From NCBI GenBank assembly GCA_963770565.1, contig CAVYQE010000007.1, positions 32,001 to 96,000 of the forward strand: 64,000 nucleotides of DNA, given 5' to 3'. Below, one piece after another: positions 1-9,422 of this stretch. The position numbers were made by a program, and so were the translations under genes. The notes beneath the pieces are model-generated. The model had not been told where the DNA came from, ran no database searches, and saw nothing but the letters and a program-made list of their open reading frames with translations. How positions within the stretch are numbered: position 1 is the first letter of the stretch; each line of letters opens with the position of its first letter. The DNA is from an uncultured Actinomycetota bacterium. Lineage in GTDB: Bacteria > Actinomycetota > Actinomycetes > JAFAQI01.

Positions 1-357
1 ATCGTGGGCAACCGGCGGTGGAACCGGCGTGGCGCGATGGTCACCGACCGGTACGTCGACGTCCGCCATCACGCCACCGTCGCCGACCTGGCCGCATGGG
101 CCGCGACCGAGGACCTGCCGCTGATCGGGGTCGACCTGCTGCCCGGCTCGCGGAGCATCGTCGATGCCCCATTGCCGGAACGCTGCGTGCTCGTCTTCGG
201 CCAGGAGGGTCCTGGTCTCAGCGCGGCTGCTCGCGCGGCGGTCGCTGACGTCTTGCATGTGCCGCAAGACGGCTCGACCCGCTCGATCAACGCGGGCGTC
301 GCGAGTGGTATCGCCATGTATGAGTGGGTCCGCCGCCACGGCTCCCCGCCGGGTTGA
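1..357 (+). CDS. TrmH/SpoU family RNA methyltransferase (5'-truncated by window edge)
   Basis: SPOUT motifs LVFGQEGPGLS and RSINAGVASGIAMYE; frame open to position 1. Confidence 0.85.
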   Translation: MVGNRRWNRRGAMVTDRYVDVRHHATVADLAAWAATEDLPLIGVDLLPGSRSIVDAPLPERCVLVFGQEGPGLSAAARAAVADVLHVPQDGSTRSINAGVASGIAMYEWVRRHGSPPG

Positions 358-400
358 GACCGCCGCAAGAAGCGTCGGTGTGAGCAGGCAGGATGGGGGC

Positions 401-985
401 ATGATCGCGATCCCGGACTGGTTGGTGACGACCCTTGCCGCCGACGGTGCCGTTGGTAAAGGGGCGCTGCCGCTCTGGATCAAGGCGCTGTCGCCGGCGG
501 CGACCGTCGTCGGCCCCGCGCTGGTGGTGCGGGTCGCGCTCAACGACAACCGCGCGATGCGCGACGTGCCGGTCGCTGTCACCGAGCCGGGCACGGTGCT
601 GGTGGTGGCCTGCGGCACCGAGTCGCGGACCGCGATCCTCGGCGAGATCATTGCCCGCGAACTGCTTGCGGCCGGCATCGTCGCGGTGGTCACCGACGGA
701 CTGATCCGGGATTCGCGCGATGTGGCCGCTGCTGGCCTGCCGGTGTGGGCCCGCGGCGTCACTCCGGTCGCCTCGGCCAAGGCCGGGCCTGACCAGGTCG
801 GCGGTTCAGTAACGATCGACGACTGTGTCATCAGCGACGGCGACCTCGTGATCGCCGACGCGGACGGCGTTGTGATCTGGCCGGCCGCCGATGTCACAAC
901 GCTGGTGGCAGCGGCCGATGCGAAGCGGCAATCCGACAACGAGCGGCTCGCTCGGCTGACCGGCGCTGATGGAGGCGTCTCCTAG
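401..985 (+). CDS. RraA family protein (HMG aldolase/RraA-like)
   Basis: Motifs VVGPALVV, AILGEI, VVTDGLIRDS, DGDLVIADADGVV; ATG at 401 inside ORF 164..985. Confidence 0.8.
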   Translation: MIAIPDWLVTTLAADGAVGKGALPLWIKALSPAATVVGPALVVRVALNDNRAMRDVPVAVTEPGTVLVVACGTESRTAILGEIIARELLAAGIVAVVTDGLIRDSRDVAAAGLPVWARGVTPVASAKAGPDQVGGSVTIDDCVISDGDLVIADADGVVIWPAADVTTLVAAADAKRQSDNERLARLTGADGGVS

Positions 986-1146
986 TGCCCCATCAACCAA
1001 CGCTTGCCCTGTTGCGCGACGCCCAGGCGGCGACCGGCGGCGTTCTCGTGGGCCCCGATGGCGCTGCCATCGCGACCTCCTCGGCCTTTCCGCTCATCCG
1101 CCTGGACGCCGTTCACGACGGACAACGTGGGTTGATGGGGCGCTAG
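982..1146. mobile_element. 165-nt CTAG-bounded hairpin element (MITE-like), copy 1
   Basis: Terminal inverted repeats CTAGTGCCCCATCAACC / GGTTGATGGGGCGCTAG (16/17); central stem CGATGGC-gct-GCCATCG; same length and layout as 33570..33734. Confidence 0.7.
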
Positions 1147-1150
1147 TCCC

Positions 1151-2323
1151 GTGGTGCTCGCTCGCTATCAGGAGGTATTGCGCCGCCCGCATGTCGCGCG
1201 GCTGCTCGTGACTGCGATGCTCGCGCGGTTGCCGCAAGGCATGTCGGGGCTGTCGATCCTGCTACTGCTGACTCCGCACGTCGGCTATGCCCGTGCCGGA
1301 CTGGCCACGGGCGTGAGCGTTGCATCCTCCGGGATCTCGAACGTGCTGTTGGCGCGCGCGGTCGACCGGGTGGGTGCGCGCAAGGTGCTGATCCCGTCGG
1401 CGGCGTCGTACTCCGCGGCGATGCTGAGCCTGGCCGCGGTGGCGCACGGTGGGTATTCGCTGCAGGTCGTGATCTGTGGCGCGATCGGGCTGGTCACGCC
1501 GCCGATCTCGTCGGTGTCGCGTGGCCTGTGGCCGCGGCTGCTCGGCGATGAACAGGCCCAGGTGATCTACGGCCTCGAGGCGACCGCCCAGGAGCTGGTC
1601 TTCATCGCCGGGCCGGCCGCGGTCGCGCTGATTGCGGGGCTGGCCAGTGCGCGGACCGCGGTGATCGTGAGCGGGCTGATCGGCCTGGTCGGTGTGCTGG
1701 CGTACGCCACGGCGCCGCCGCTGGCCGAAGGTGTGTCGACGGTTCATACCCGCGGTCAGCGGGTGCTGTTCGGCACCGGCGTGCTTCGCTACGCGCTGGT
1801 CGGTGTGTGCATCACGCTCGGTTTCAACATGACGGACATCTCGACCGTCGACTTCGTCGGTGGCCGGCGGGCGTCCGCGACCGCCGGTGTCGTGCTTGCG
1901 GTCTGGAGCCTCGGCTCGCTGATCGGCGGGGTCTGGTTCGGCGCATCGCACAATCGGGTGACGGATCGCAAGCTTGCGCGGGTGGTCGCGATTGCGGCCG
2001 GGGGGATGGCGGTGGCGGGGCTGGCGCCCGACCCGATCGGCCTGGCCGCGATCCTGTTGTTCAGTGGCGCGGCGGTGGCGCCCACGATGGCCAGGCTCTA
2101 CACCCGGATGGGCTCGGTCGCGCCCGAGGGGCAGACCACGGAGGCGTTCGGCTGGCTCGCGGTCGGGTTCCTGGCCGGGTCGTCGCTGGGCTCGACGCTC
2201 GGCGGGGTCTCGGTCGACGGCGTGGGTCCGCGCTGGACCTTCCTGTTCGCCGGCCTGGCGGCGATGAGCGCCGTCGCCGTCATCGCCGCTCGTCGCCCGG
2301 TAGCGTCGTCGGGTGGCCGCTGA
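1151..2323 (+). CDS. MFS transporter
   Basis: 390 aa, about 12 hydrophobic segments, motif A-like ARAVDRVGARKVL. Confidence 0.85.
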   Translation: MVLARYQEVLRRPHVARLLVTAMLARLPQGMSGLSILLLLTPHVGYARAGLATGVSVASSGISNVLLARAVDRVGARKVLIPSAASYSAAMLSLAAVAHGGYSLQVVICGAIGLVTPPISSVSRGLWPRLLGDEQAQVIYGLEATAQELVFIAGPAAVALIAGLASARTAVIVSGLIGLVGVLAYATAPPLAEGVSTVHTRGQRVLFGTGVLRYALVGVCITLGFNMTDISTVDFVGGRRASATAGVVLAVWSLGSLIGGVWFGASHNRVTDRKLARVVAIAAGGMAVAGLAPDPIGLAAILLFSGAAVAPTMARLYTRMGSVAPEGQTTEAFGWLAVGFLAGSSLGSTLGGVSVDGVGPRWTFLFAGLAAMSAVAVIAARRPVASSGGR

Positions 2324-2639
2324 CAAACTGCCGATCCAGATGCTGCACGACCGGGTGCTCGTCACGATCGACGCCGAAGGCGGCGAGCGACGGTCGACCG
2401 CCGGCATCGTGATTCCCGCGACCGCGCAGATGGGCAAGCGGCTGGCCTGGGCCGAAGCGGTCGCGACCGGCGCCAACGTCCGCACCGTCCAGGTCGGCGA
2501 CCGGGTGTTGTACGACCCGGAGGACCGGGCCGAGATCGAGCTGCACGGCAGCAGCTATGTACTGCTGCGGGAGCGCGACATCCACGCGATCGCGGCCGAG
2601 CGGATCGACGAGGTCGCGGCTCCTGGGTTGTACCTCTAG
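2313..2639 (+). CDS. groES: Co-chaperonin GroES/Cpn10 family protein (no adjacent groEL)
   Basis: MLHDRVLV, STAGIVIP, VQVGDRVLY, YVLLRERDIHA. Confidence 0.85.
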   Translation: MAADKLPIQMLHDRVLVTIDAEGGERRSTAGIVIPATAQMGKRLAWAEAVATGANVRTVQVGDRVLYDPEDRAEIELHGSSYVLLRERDIHAIAAERIDEVAAPGLYL

Positions 2640-2683
2640 GAGACTGCGCCCGGGCGTCGCACGCTCGCGCTAGCGTCGTAGCC

Positions 2684-2902
2684 ATGTGTCGAAGCATCAA
2701 GACCCTTCGGGCGCCGTACGTCGACGAGCTGACGAGTGACGATGTCCACGCCGCCGCGCTGCAGTACGTGCGGAAGGTGGCCGGCATGCGCGCGCCGTCG
2801 GCGGCCAACCAGCCGGCGTTCGACCGTGCGGTCGAGGAGATCGCCGCCGCGACGAGCACGCTGCTCGACGGCCTGACGATCCGAGCGGCCCGCGCCTCGT
2901 AG
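2684..2902 (+). CDS. DUF2277 family small protein
   Basis: MCRSIKTL...AAALQYVRKVAG...PSAANQPAF pattern; TAGCGT -10 box 7 nt before ATG. Confidence 0.8.
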   Translation: MCRSIKTLRAPYVDELTSDDVHAAALQYVRKVAGMRAPSAANQPAFDRAVEEIAAATSTLLDGLTIRAARAS

Positions 2903-2922
2903 GCCCGGCGAGCACGCAAACG

Positions 2923-3387
2923 TCAGGCCGGGCCGACCTCCGGCCAGGTGACCGCGAAACCCGGGTGCAAGGGCAGCGTGGGCACCTCGGTGGAGGCGAC
3001 CCAGCGCATCTCGGCGGTCTCCTGCCCGCGGGGAGCCGCGGTGAGCGCTTGAGCTGCTGTTGCGATCACGGTCCAGTAGATCCAGCCGCCATGGTCGTCG
3101 TCGTGGACCCGCTCGATCCTGAGCCCGTCGAGGGTCACGCTGACCTCTTCGCCCACCTCCCGGAGCGCGGCCTGCTCCGGGGTCTCCCACGAGGCTCTCG
3201 CTCCGCCGGGCACCCCCCAGGTGCCGCCGTGATGGGTCCACCAGGCGCGTCGTTGCAGCAGGACGTGGGTGTCGCCGGCGTCGTCCGTCGTACGGAGCAG
3301 CAGCCCAGCCGCGCCGTGCCGGCCCCAGTGCTGATGACCGGCCGCGCAGCGGACCCAGCCGTCGCCGTCGAGCACCGGGGGAGTCAC
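2923..3387 (-). CDS. NUDIX hydrolase
   Basis: Nudix box GGARASWETPEQAALREVGEE; HWGRHGAAG motif typical of actinobacterial MutT3-like proteins. Confidence 0.85.
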   Translation of the reverse strand: MTPPVLDGDGWVRCAAGHQHWGRHGAAGLLLRTTDDAGDTHVLLQRRAWWTHHGGTWGVPGGARASWETPEQAALREVGEEVSVTLDGLRIERVHDDDHGGWIYWTVIATAAQALTAAPRGQETAEMRWVASTEVPTLPLHPGFAVTWPEVGPA

Positions 3388-3417
3388 CGTTCCAGTGTTG
3401 CGCGCACAGCGAGATTG

Positions 3418-3443
3418 GGAACGAGTGAGCGTGTATTGATGTT
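3418..3443 (+). promoter_or_regulatory. SigR/SigH-type promoter upstream of msrA
   Basis: GGAAC-N18-GTT matches the GGAAY-N18-GTT consensus; msrA is a known SigR/SigH target. Confidence 0.7.
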
Positions 3444-3480
3444 GGCTTGATCAGGAAGCCCGACCCCGAAGGTGGACGTA

Positions 3481-4170
<690 letters not shown>

Positions 4171-4225
4171 TGCGCCCGCGGCGGCCGTTTCGCTGCGCTC
4201 TAACGCAGCCAGCCGGCCGCCGCGC
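4171..4225. repeat. 55-bp palindromic intergenic repeat, possible bidirectional terminator, copy 1
   Basis: Stem CGCGGCGGCCG (4177-4187)/CGGCCGCCGCG (4214-4224) between convergent genes; reverse complement matches 44467..44521 at 44 of 47 arm positions. Confidence 0.7.
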
Positions 4226-4231
4226 AAGCGG

Positions 4232-4666
4232 TCAGACGCCCGGGTGGAACGGCTTTCCGGTGCCGGTCGTACAGAGCAGGCGCAGGCTCTCTAGGTAGTA
4301 GCCCCAGTTGAAGTTGTAGACGCCGAAGTCGTCGTCGCTCAGCTCGACCGCGTAGAACTGGTCGAAGCGCAACCGACAGCGACCGTCGTCGAGGTGGACC
4401 AACTCGAACTTGAAGGTGTTGTCGGTCCAGTTCAGGTGGCCGGCGATGCACAGCCACTCGAGTGATCGGCCGGGTTCTGCGGCTGCCACCTGCATCACCG
4501 GGTTGAAGTCACCGGCGAAGGTGAACCGAATCTCGGCGCCGAGGCCGCCACCCTCGAGCTCGACCGAGGTGCTCCACCAGCCGGCGAGCCCGTCAGCCGT
4601 CGTGAGGGCCGCCCACACCGAGTCGATGCCGGCAGCGATGTCGACGACGTGATGGATCTGCTTCAT
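4232..4666 (-). CDS. SRPBCC/AHSA1 domain protein
   Basis: [27 protein letters not shown]...GTGKP; ATG at 4666 with GGGAG upstream (ORF track starts at 4699). Confidence 0.8.
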   Translation of the reverse strand: MKQIHHVVDIAAGIDSVWAALTTADGLAGWWSTSVELEGGGLGAEIRFTFAGDFNPVMQVAAAEPGRSLEWLCIAGHLNWTDNTFKFELVHLDDGRCRLRFDQFYAVELSDDDFGVYNFNWGYYLESLRLLCTTGTGKPFHPGV

Positions 4667-4779
4667 CTCTGCTCCCAGTCCTAGACCAACTTCCCACACC
4701 TATCGACGTGTTGCAGCCGCCTGGATCGACAGCCGGCCCGCCCGTGGGCGTCGTTCGGGTGGCCTAGCCCGGGCGATCG

Positions 4780-5028
4780 ATGCAGTTCCGGCGGAGCAGT
4801 CACTACCGTGGGTTGGTGGGCATTGCCGACGTCGCAATCCTTCTCGGCGTCGCAGTTGCCGTCGTGCTCGAGGCGTTGTGCATCCGGATGGTCGGTGATA
4901 TCGCCGCTGAGTACGGCGAGGAACGGACGACTTGGCAGGCGATGATGCTCCCGTTCGGGTTGTTCGGGCCGATCGTGGCTCGGCTGATGCTCGACCGCCG
5001 GCACGGGGGCGGCGGCGGCTACGCCTGA
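4780..5028 (+). CDS. Small hypothetical membrane protein
   Basis: Two hydrophobic segments filling the intergenic gap; start uncertain. Confidence 0.45.
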   Translation: MQFRRSSHYRGLVGIADVAILLGVAVAVVLEALCIRMVGDIAAEYGEERTTWQAMMLPFGLFGPIVARLMLDRRHGGGGGYA

Positions 5029-5077
5029 TCGCCACTCGGCGGCGGCGGTTTGGCGGGATCTCCTGGTTAGAGGGTGG

Positions 5078-5635
5078 CTATCCCGCCAAACCAGTGCCAC
5101 CGAGCGGCCATTCGGCCAGGGTTTCGTGACTGACCTTCGGGCCGAGCCTGGATCGGACCAGTTGCAGCGAGGTCGCGGACCAGACCGGGCCGGCGTACGA
5201 CCAGAGTGCGGCGAGCCGTTTGCTTACATCGACCGGGGTACGGGTCCGGGCGAGGGTCAAGTGGGCCTGAAACCGCCGCCTCTCCATCGCCAGGCCTTCG
5301 CGGCGTCCGGCGGCGGTGCAGCGTTCGGCCAGCCTGGCCAGGTCCGGGAGGGTTCCTTCGAGGCCGATCCAGAGCACCCGCGCGGCATTGGGCCGGTTCG
5401 GGAAGCAGCCCGCGCCGGCGAGCTGCAACGACAGCGGCGGTGTCCGGGTGGCAGCCCGCTCGAGCCGCTCCTCGAGCCCTTCGGCGACCGCGTCGGTCAC
5501 CTCGCCGTAGAACGCGAGGGTGATGTGCCACTGCTCTTCCGACACCCACCGCAAGGCGTCGTCGGTGGCACCGATCGCCCAGCGCAGGTCTTTGACCGCA
5601 GTCTCGGGTGGGTCGATCGCCGCGAACAGCCTCAT
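5078..5635 (-). CDS. thpR: RNA 2',3'-cyclic phosphodiesterase (2H phosphoesterase)
   Basis: MRLFAAI start; two HxT motifs (WHITLAF, AHLTLAR). Confidence 0.9.
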   Translation of the reverse strand: MRLFAAIDPPETAVKDLRWAIGATDDALRWVSEEQWHITLAFYGEVTDAVAEGLEERLERAATRTPPLSLQLAGAGCFPNRPNAARVLWIGLEGTLPDLARLAERCTAAGRREGLAMERRRFQAHLTLARTRTPVDVSKRLAALWSYAGPVWSATSLQLVRSRLGPKVSHETLAEWPLGGTGLAG

Positions 5636-5672
5636 CCCGGCATCCTCCCGCGCGCGCCCTAGGTTGGTACGG

Positions 5673-6122
5673 ATGGATGAGCGGCATGCACGACGCCGGC
5701 GGGCCGGCGTGATCGTCCTCGACGAGCAGCAGCGGGTGCTGCTGTTCCGCGGCGGAGACCCGGCCCGGCCGGAGGCCGGCACCTGGTGGTTCACCCCCGG
5801 CGGCGGTGCGGATCCCGGTGAGACGATCGAAGCTGCCGCGCGCCGCGAGCTGTTCGAGGAGACCGGCCTGCGTTGCGACGACCTCGGCCCGGTCGTGCTG
5901 AAGCGACGGTTCGACTTCGAGTTCGACGGCGAGGTCTTCGATCAGGACGAGGTGTACTACCTCGTTCGGACGCCGCCGTTCGACGTCGACGAGTCGAACT
6001 GGACCGACCTCGAGCGGCGGACCACCGAGGAGCACCGCTGGTGGGGGATCGACGACCTCGCCACGACTACCGACGAGGTGTACCCGCCCGGGCTCGCGCG
6101 GCTCCTCGTGACCGTAGCCTGA
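5673..6122 (+). CDS. NUDIX hydrolase
   Basis: WFTPGGGADPGETIEAAARRELFEETG; TAGGTT -10 box 7 nt before ATG. Confidence 0.85.
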   Translation: MDERHARRRRAGVIVLDEQQRVLLFRGGDPARPEAGTWWFTPGGGADPGETIEAAARRELFEETGLRCDDLGPVVLKRRFDFEFDGEVFDQDEVYYLVRTPPFDVDESNWTDLERRTTEEHRWWGIDDLATTTDEVYPPGLARLLVTVA

Positions 6123-6174
6123 CGATGGGCGCCGGCCTCGCATCCGGCGTACCGATGGCCACCCGGAGGGCGAC

Positions 6175-7050
6175 GTGACGGACTCGGGCAGTACGACGCT
6201 GATGCCGGCGGCGTTCATCGGGCACGGAAGTCCGATGAACGCGGTCGAGACCAACCGCTACACCGAGTCCTGGCGCGCGTTCGGAGAGTCGGTGCCGAAG
6301 CCGACCGCGATCCTCGTGGTCTCGGCGCACTGGTACATCAACGCGACCGCAGTCACCGCTATGCCGCGCCCGCGCACGATCCACGATTTCTACGGGTTCC
6401 CGCAGGTCTTGTTCGACGTCGAGTATCCGGCCCCCGGACTTCCTGAGATGGCGGCGGAGATCAGCGACATCGTCGAGCCGACCTGGGTCGGCGCCGACCT
6501 CGACTCGTGGGGGATCGACCACGGCACCTGGTCGGTGCTCGTGCACGCCTTCCCGCAGGCGGACATCCCCGTCGTACAGCTGTCGATCAACGCCGACAAA
6601 GGTCTCGACTACCACCTCGAGCTCGGCGCGAAGCTCGCGCCGCTTCGGGAGCGCGGCGTGCTGATCATCGGCAGCGGCAATGTGGTGCACAACCTCGGTG
6701 GGATGAACCCGCAGCTTGCCGAGGACGGCTACGACTGGGCGCAACGGTTCGACGAGGAGGCGAAGGCCCGGATGGCCGACGACCCGACCGAGGTCGCCCG
6801 GCTCGACGGGCACCGGGACTACCGGCTCGCGGTGCCGACGCCGGATCACTTCCTGCCGCTGCTCTATCTCGCCGGATTGGCCGGCGCAGCGAGCAGCGGC
6901 ACGGACCTGCTGATCGACGGGTACGCCTTCGGCTCGCTGTCGATGACCGCCTACACCCTCGGCATGGACAGCCCGCTCGCCCCGCTCGCCAACGGCTCGT
7001 CCGTCATGTCGCTGCCGGTGGACGTGCCGGTCGACGACACCAACATCTAG
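6175..7050 (+). CDS. ygiD: 4,5-DOPA extradiol dioxygenase family (LigB fold)
   Basis: FIGHGSPMNA, SAHW, TIHDFYGFP, DHGTWSVL, GSGNVVHNL, PTPDHFLPL. Confidence 0.9.
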   Translation: MTDSGSTTLMPAAFIGHGSPMNAVETNRYTESWRAFGESVPKPTAILVVSAHWYINATAVTAMPRPRTIHDFYGFPQVLFDVEYPAPGLPEMAAEISDIVEPTWVGADLDSWGIDHGTWSVLVHAFPQADIPVVQLSINADKGLDYHLELGAKLAPLRERGVLIIGSGNVVHNLGGMNPQLAEDGYDWAQRFDEEAKARMADDPTEVARLDGHRDYRLAVPTPDHFLPLLYLAGLAGAASSGTDLLIDGYAFGSLSMTAYTLGMDSPLAPLANGSSVMSLPVDVPVDDTNI

Positions 7051-7442
7051 CGAGGTGCCAGCACCGCCTGGGTCTGGGTGGTCTTTGCGACCAGCCGGCT
7101 ATCGGCGTCCCTGAGCTCGGTCTCGACCACGATCACGGTCCGGCCGACATGCAAGGGCCGGGCGACCGCCTCGACGTGGCCCTGCGCAACCGCGCGGAGG
7201 AGGTTGGTCGTCGACTCGATCGTGGTCGTCGTCGCGCCCTCGGGCAGGTTGAGGAACGCACAGATCGCGCCGGTCGAGTCGGCCAGCGACATCAGGACTC
7301 CGCCGTGCAGCACTCCTCCGACCGTGCAGCGGCGCTCGTCCCACTCGAGTCGAGTTCGCACCTCGTCCTTGTCGGCGACGACCGCCTCGATCCCGAGCAG
7401 GCCGGCGAACGGCATGGTCGCGATCAGGGCGGCAAGGTCCAC
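7047..7442 (-). CDS. PaaI family thioesterase
   Basis: GVLHGGVLMSLADS hot-dog motif; HVGRTVIV. Confidence 0.9.
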   Translation of the reverse strand: MDLAALIATMPFAGLLGIEAVVADKDEVRTRLEWDERRCTVGGVLHGGVLMSLADSTGAICAFLNLPEGATTTTIESTTNLLRAVAQGHVEAVARPLHVGRTVIVVETELRDADSRLVAKTTQTQAVLAPR

Positions 7443-7461
7443 GGCGTCGGCGCCGGACCGG

Positions 7462-7695
7462 TCAGGCGACGGGCTCGGCGCTCGGCTCGGGCAGTACGAC
7501 GACCGAGCCGATGTCGATCGGGTCCAGCTCGAGGCCGTTGCGGCTGGCCAGCGCGAACAGGCCGTCGAGGCGATCCTGCGCCGCGTGCACCAGGTCCTCG
7601 TCGCCGCGGGAGTTCGCGTCCATGGCAGCGGCCTGTGCCGCGGCGATCTGGCTGCGGATCTCGCGCTCGAACGACGGGGTCGGGCTGCTCGTCAT
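7462..7695 (-). CDS. Small hypothetical protein
   Basis: ATG at 7695 preceded by GAGGAG; helical 77-aa product; possible SigF/SigB-type GTTG-N15-GGGTAA promoter at 7804-7828. Confidence 0.55.
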   Translation of the reverse strand: MTSSPTPSFEREIRSQIAAAQAAAMDANSRGDEDLVHAAQDRLDGLFALASRNGLELDPIDIGSVVVLPEPSAEPVA

Positions 7696-7834
7696 GTCAT
7701 CTCCTCGCCTGTGTTGGGTGATGGACACCCGCGGGGTCGGTAGACGGGCGACGCTGCCCGTGTCGTGCACGAGCCGATGCCTCTCAGCACCGGCTCGAAA
7801 GTATTACCCGAGGCTACGACGCCCCAACCCCCGA

Positions 7835-7913
7835 AGCAATGTCACATCGCCCAGCCAAATCCGGGGGTGACGTCACATTGCCCCCACAAAGGTGGGGGCA
7901 ATGTGACATTGCT
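7835..7913. repeat. 79-bp REP-like element with three GCAATGTCACATTGC-type quasi-palindromes, copy 1
   Basis: 13-bp terminal IR; perfect 16-bp stem 7872-7887/7892-7907; 65/79 ungapped identity to 50789..50867. Confidence 0.8.
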
Positions 7914-7946
7914 CGGTACGGGGGCCCGCCGGGGCTCCGGAGGTGG

Positions 7947-9146
7947 TTAGAGCCAGGCCTTCAGGGTGGCGGCGGTGTCGCTGCGGCGCAGCTCGCGCAA
8001 GGTGTCGCGTTCGATCTGGCGGATCCGCTCGCGGGTGAGCCCGAGCGCCTTGCCGACCTCGTCGAGGGTGCGCGACCGGCCGTCGTCGAGCCCGAAGCGC
8101 ATCCGCATCACGATCGCGGAGCGGTCCGGGAGCGTGCCAAGAACGGCGCGAAGCCGGTCCTGGAGCAGCCCGAAGTCGACCACGTCGGCGGCGATCGGCG
8201 CGTCCATGTCCTCGATGAACTCACCGAAGGTCGCCGTACCGTCGTCACCCACCGGGGTCTCGAGGGACAGCGTCTCGCGGCCGTAGCCGAGGATCTCCTC
8301 GATCCGGTCCGCGGTCATCTCCAGTACGACGCCGATCTCGGCGAAGGTGGGCTCACGGCCGTACTCGGTGGCCAGGTCGCGCTTGACCCGGAGCGCCTTG
8401 TTGATCTGCTCGACCATGTGCACCGGCACCCGGATGGTGCGGCCCTGGTCGGCGATCGCCCGCTGCAGCGCCTGGCGGATCCACCACGTGGCGTAGGTGG
8501 AGAACTTGTAGCCCTTGGTGTAGTCGAACTTCTCGACCGCGCGAACCAGGCCGATGTTGCCTTCCTGGATCAGGTCGAGCAGGGTCAGGCCCTTGCCCTG
8601 GTAGCGCTTGGCGAGGGAAACGACGAGGCGCAGGTTGGCCTCGAGCAGGTGGTTGCGGGCGCGGGCGCCGTCGGCGGCCACCGCCATCAGGTCACGGCGC
8701 AGCTTCACCGGGATCTTGGCGATCTCCTTTGCGTCGGCCTGTCGCAGCTTCTCGGACGCGTACAGGCCGGCTTCGATCCGGCGAGCCAGGTCGACTTCCT
8801 GCTCGGCGGTGAGCAGGGCCACCCGGCCGATGTCGGTGAGGTAGACCCGCACCAGGTCGGTGGTCGGGACCTCGTGGTCCCAGGTGTCGTCGACCTCGTC
8901 CTCTTCGACGACCGCGGTCGGGGCCGGAGCGGCTCCGGGGGCGTCGGCACCGATCGTGATTCCCCGGCGGCGGATGGCCGTGATGACGCGCTTGGCCTCG
9001 ACGGGGCCGACTCCGGCCTCATCGAGTGCGGTGCGTACCTCGGCAAACGTCAGCGCACCCGCCTCGGCAACCCCGTCGAGGAGGTCCTCGACAGGTGCGG
9101 GCAGGCCGTCGGCGTCTGCGGCTCGGGCAATCGTGGCGGTGCTCAT
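7947..9146 (-). CDS. RpoD/SigB-like alternative sigma70 factor with N-terminal region 1.1-like domain
   Basis: Regions 1.2 ([11 protein letters not shown]), 2 ([25 protein letters not shown]) and 4 (RTLDEVG...TRERIRQIE); ATG at 9146 after GAGGA. Confidence 0.9.
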   Translation of the reverse strand: MSTATIARAADADGLPAPVEDLLDGVAEAGALTFAEVRTALDEAGVGPVEAKRVITAIRRRGITIGADAPGAAPAPTAVVEEDEVDDTWDHEVPTTDLVRVYLTDIGRVALLTAEQEVDLARRIEAGLYASEKLRQADAKEIAKIPVKLRRDLMAVAADGARARNHLLEANLRLVVSLAKRYQGKGLTLLDLIQEGNIGLVRAVEKFDYTKGYKFSTYATWWIRQALQRAIADQGRTIRVPVHMVEQINKALRVKRDLATEYGREPTFAEIGVVLEMTADRIEEILGYGRETLSLETPVGDDGTATFGEFIEDMDAPIAADVVDFGLLQDRLRAVLGTLPDRSAIVMRMRFGLDDGRSRTLDEVGKALGLTRERIRQIERDTLRELRRSDTAATLKAWL

Positions 9147-9268
9147 GGCGTGCGTAGATCCTCGTGGTCGGCGTGGGTTGTGCGGTCGGTTCGTGCTCAG
9201 TTTTGCGTCTGCTCCGTCGGTACGTATGCTGCGTGGCGGTCCACCTGTGGCGACCTGCCCAGACGGTG

Positions 9269-9296
9269 CAACGTTCACAGCACCGCTGCTTGTTCC
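9269..9296 (-). promoter_or_regulatory. SigH/SigE/SigR-type promoter upstream of the alternative sigma70
   Basis: Minus strand GGAAC-N18-CGTTG; mycobacterial sigB and streptomycete hrdD have promoters of this class. Confidence 0.6.
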
Positions 9297-9422
9297 GCGG
9301 TGCGACCTTCCATGATGCCTTATCTGAGTGCTGATGTCAGCCTCGGGGGGGTCGAACGGCGAGTCGAGCACCATGTTGGTACCCAAATTGTGTGCATTTC
9401 ATGCCTGCATCCGTGATCAACG

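Noticed and set aside
7047-7050. CTAG shared by convergent stops here and at 55487-55490 as element insertion scars
   Set aside because: Overlapping TAG stops are common and no TIRs flank them
7835-7913. Possible mini-CRISPR array
   Set aside because: Only three short units, one inverted, with spacers too short; no cas genes in the window
7839-9416. Long plus-strand ORF (525 aa) and similar long antisense ORFs, e.g. 13543..14715, 25315..26829, 35805..37640, 40158..42290, 46952..49147
   Set aside because: They are shadow frames of well-supported opposite-strand genes, expected at this GC content, and have no recognisable motifs
9147-9420. Riboswitch or sRNA in the long leader of the alternative sigma gene
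   Set aside because: No recognisable aptamer motif; the region is explained by promoter elements
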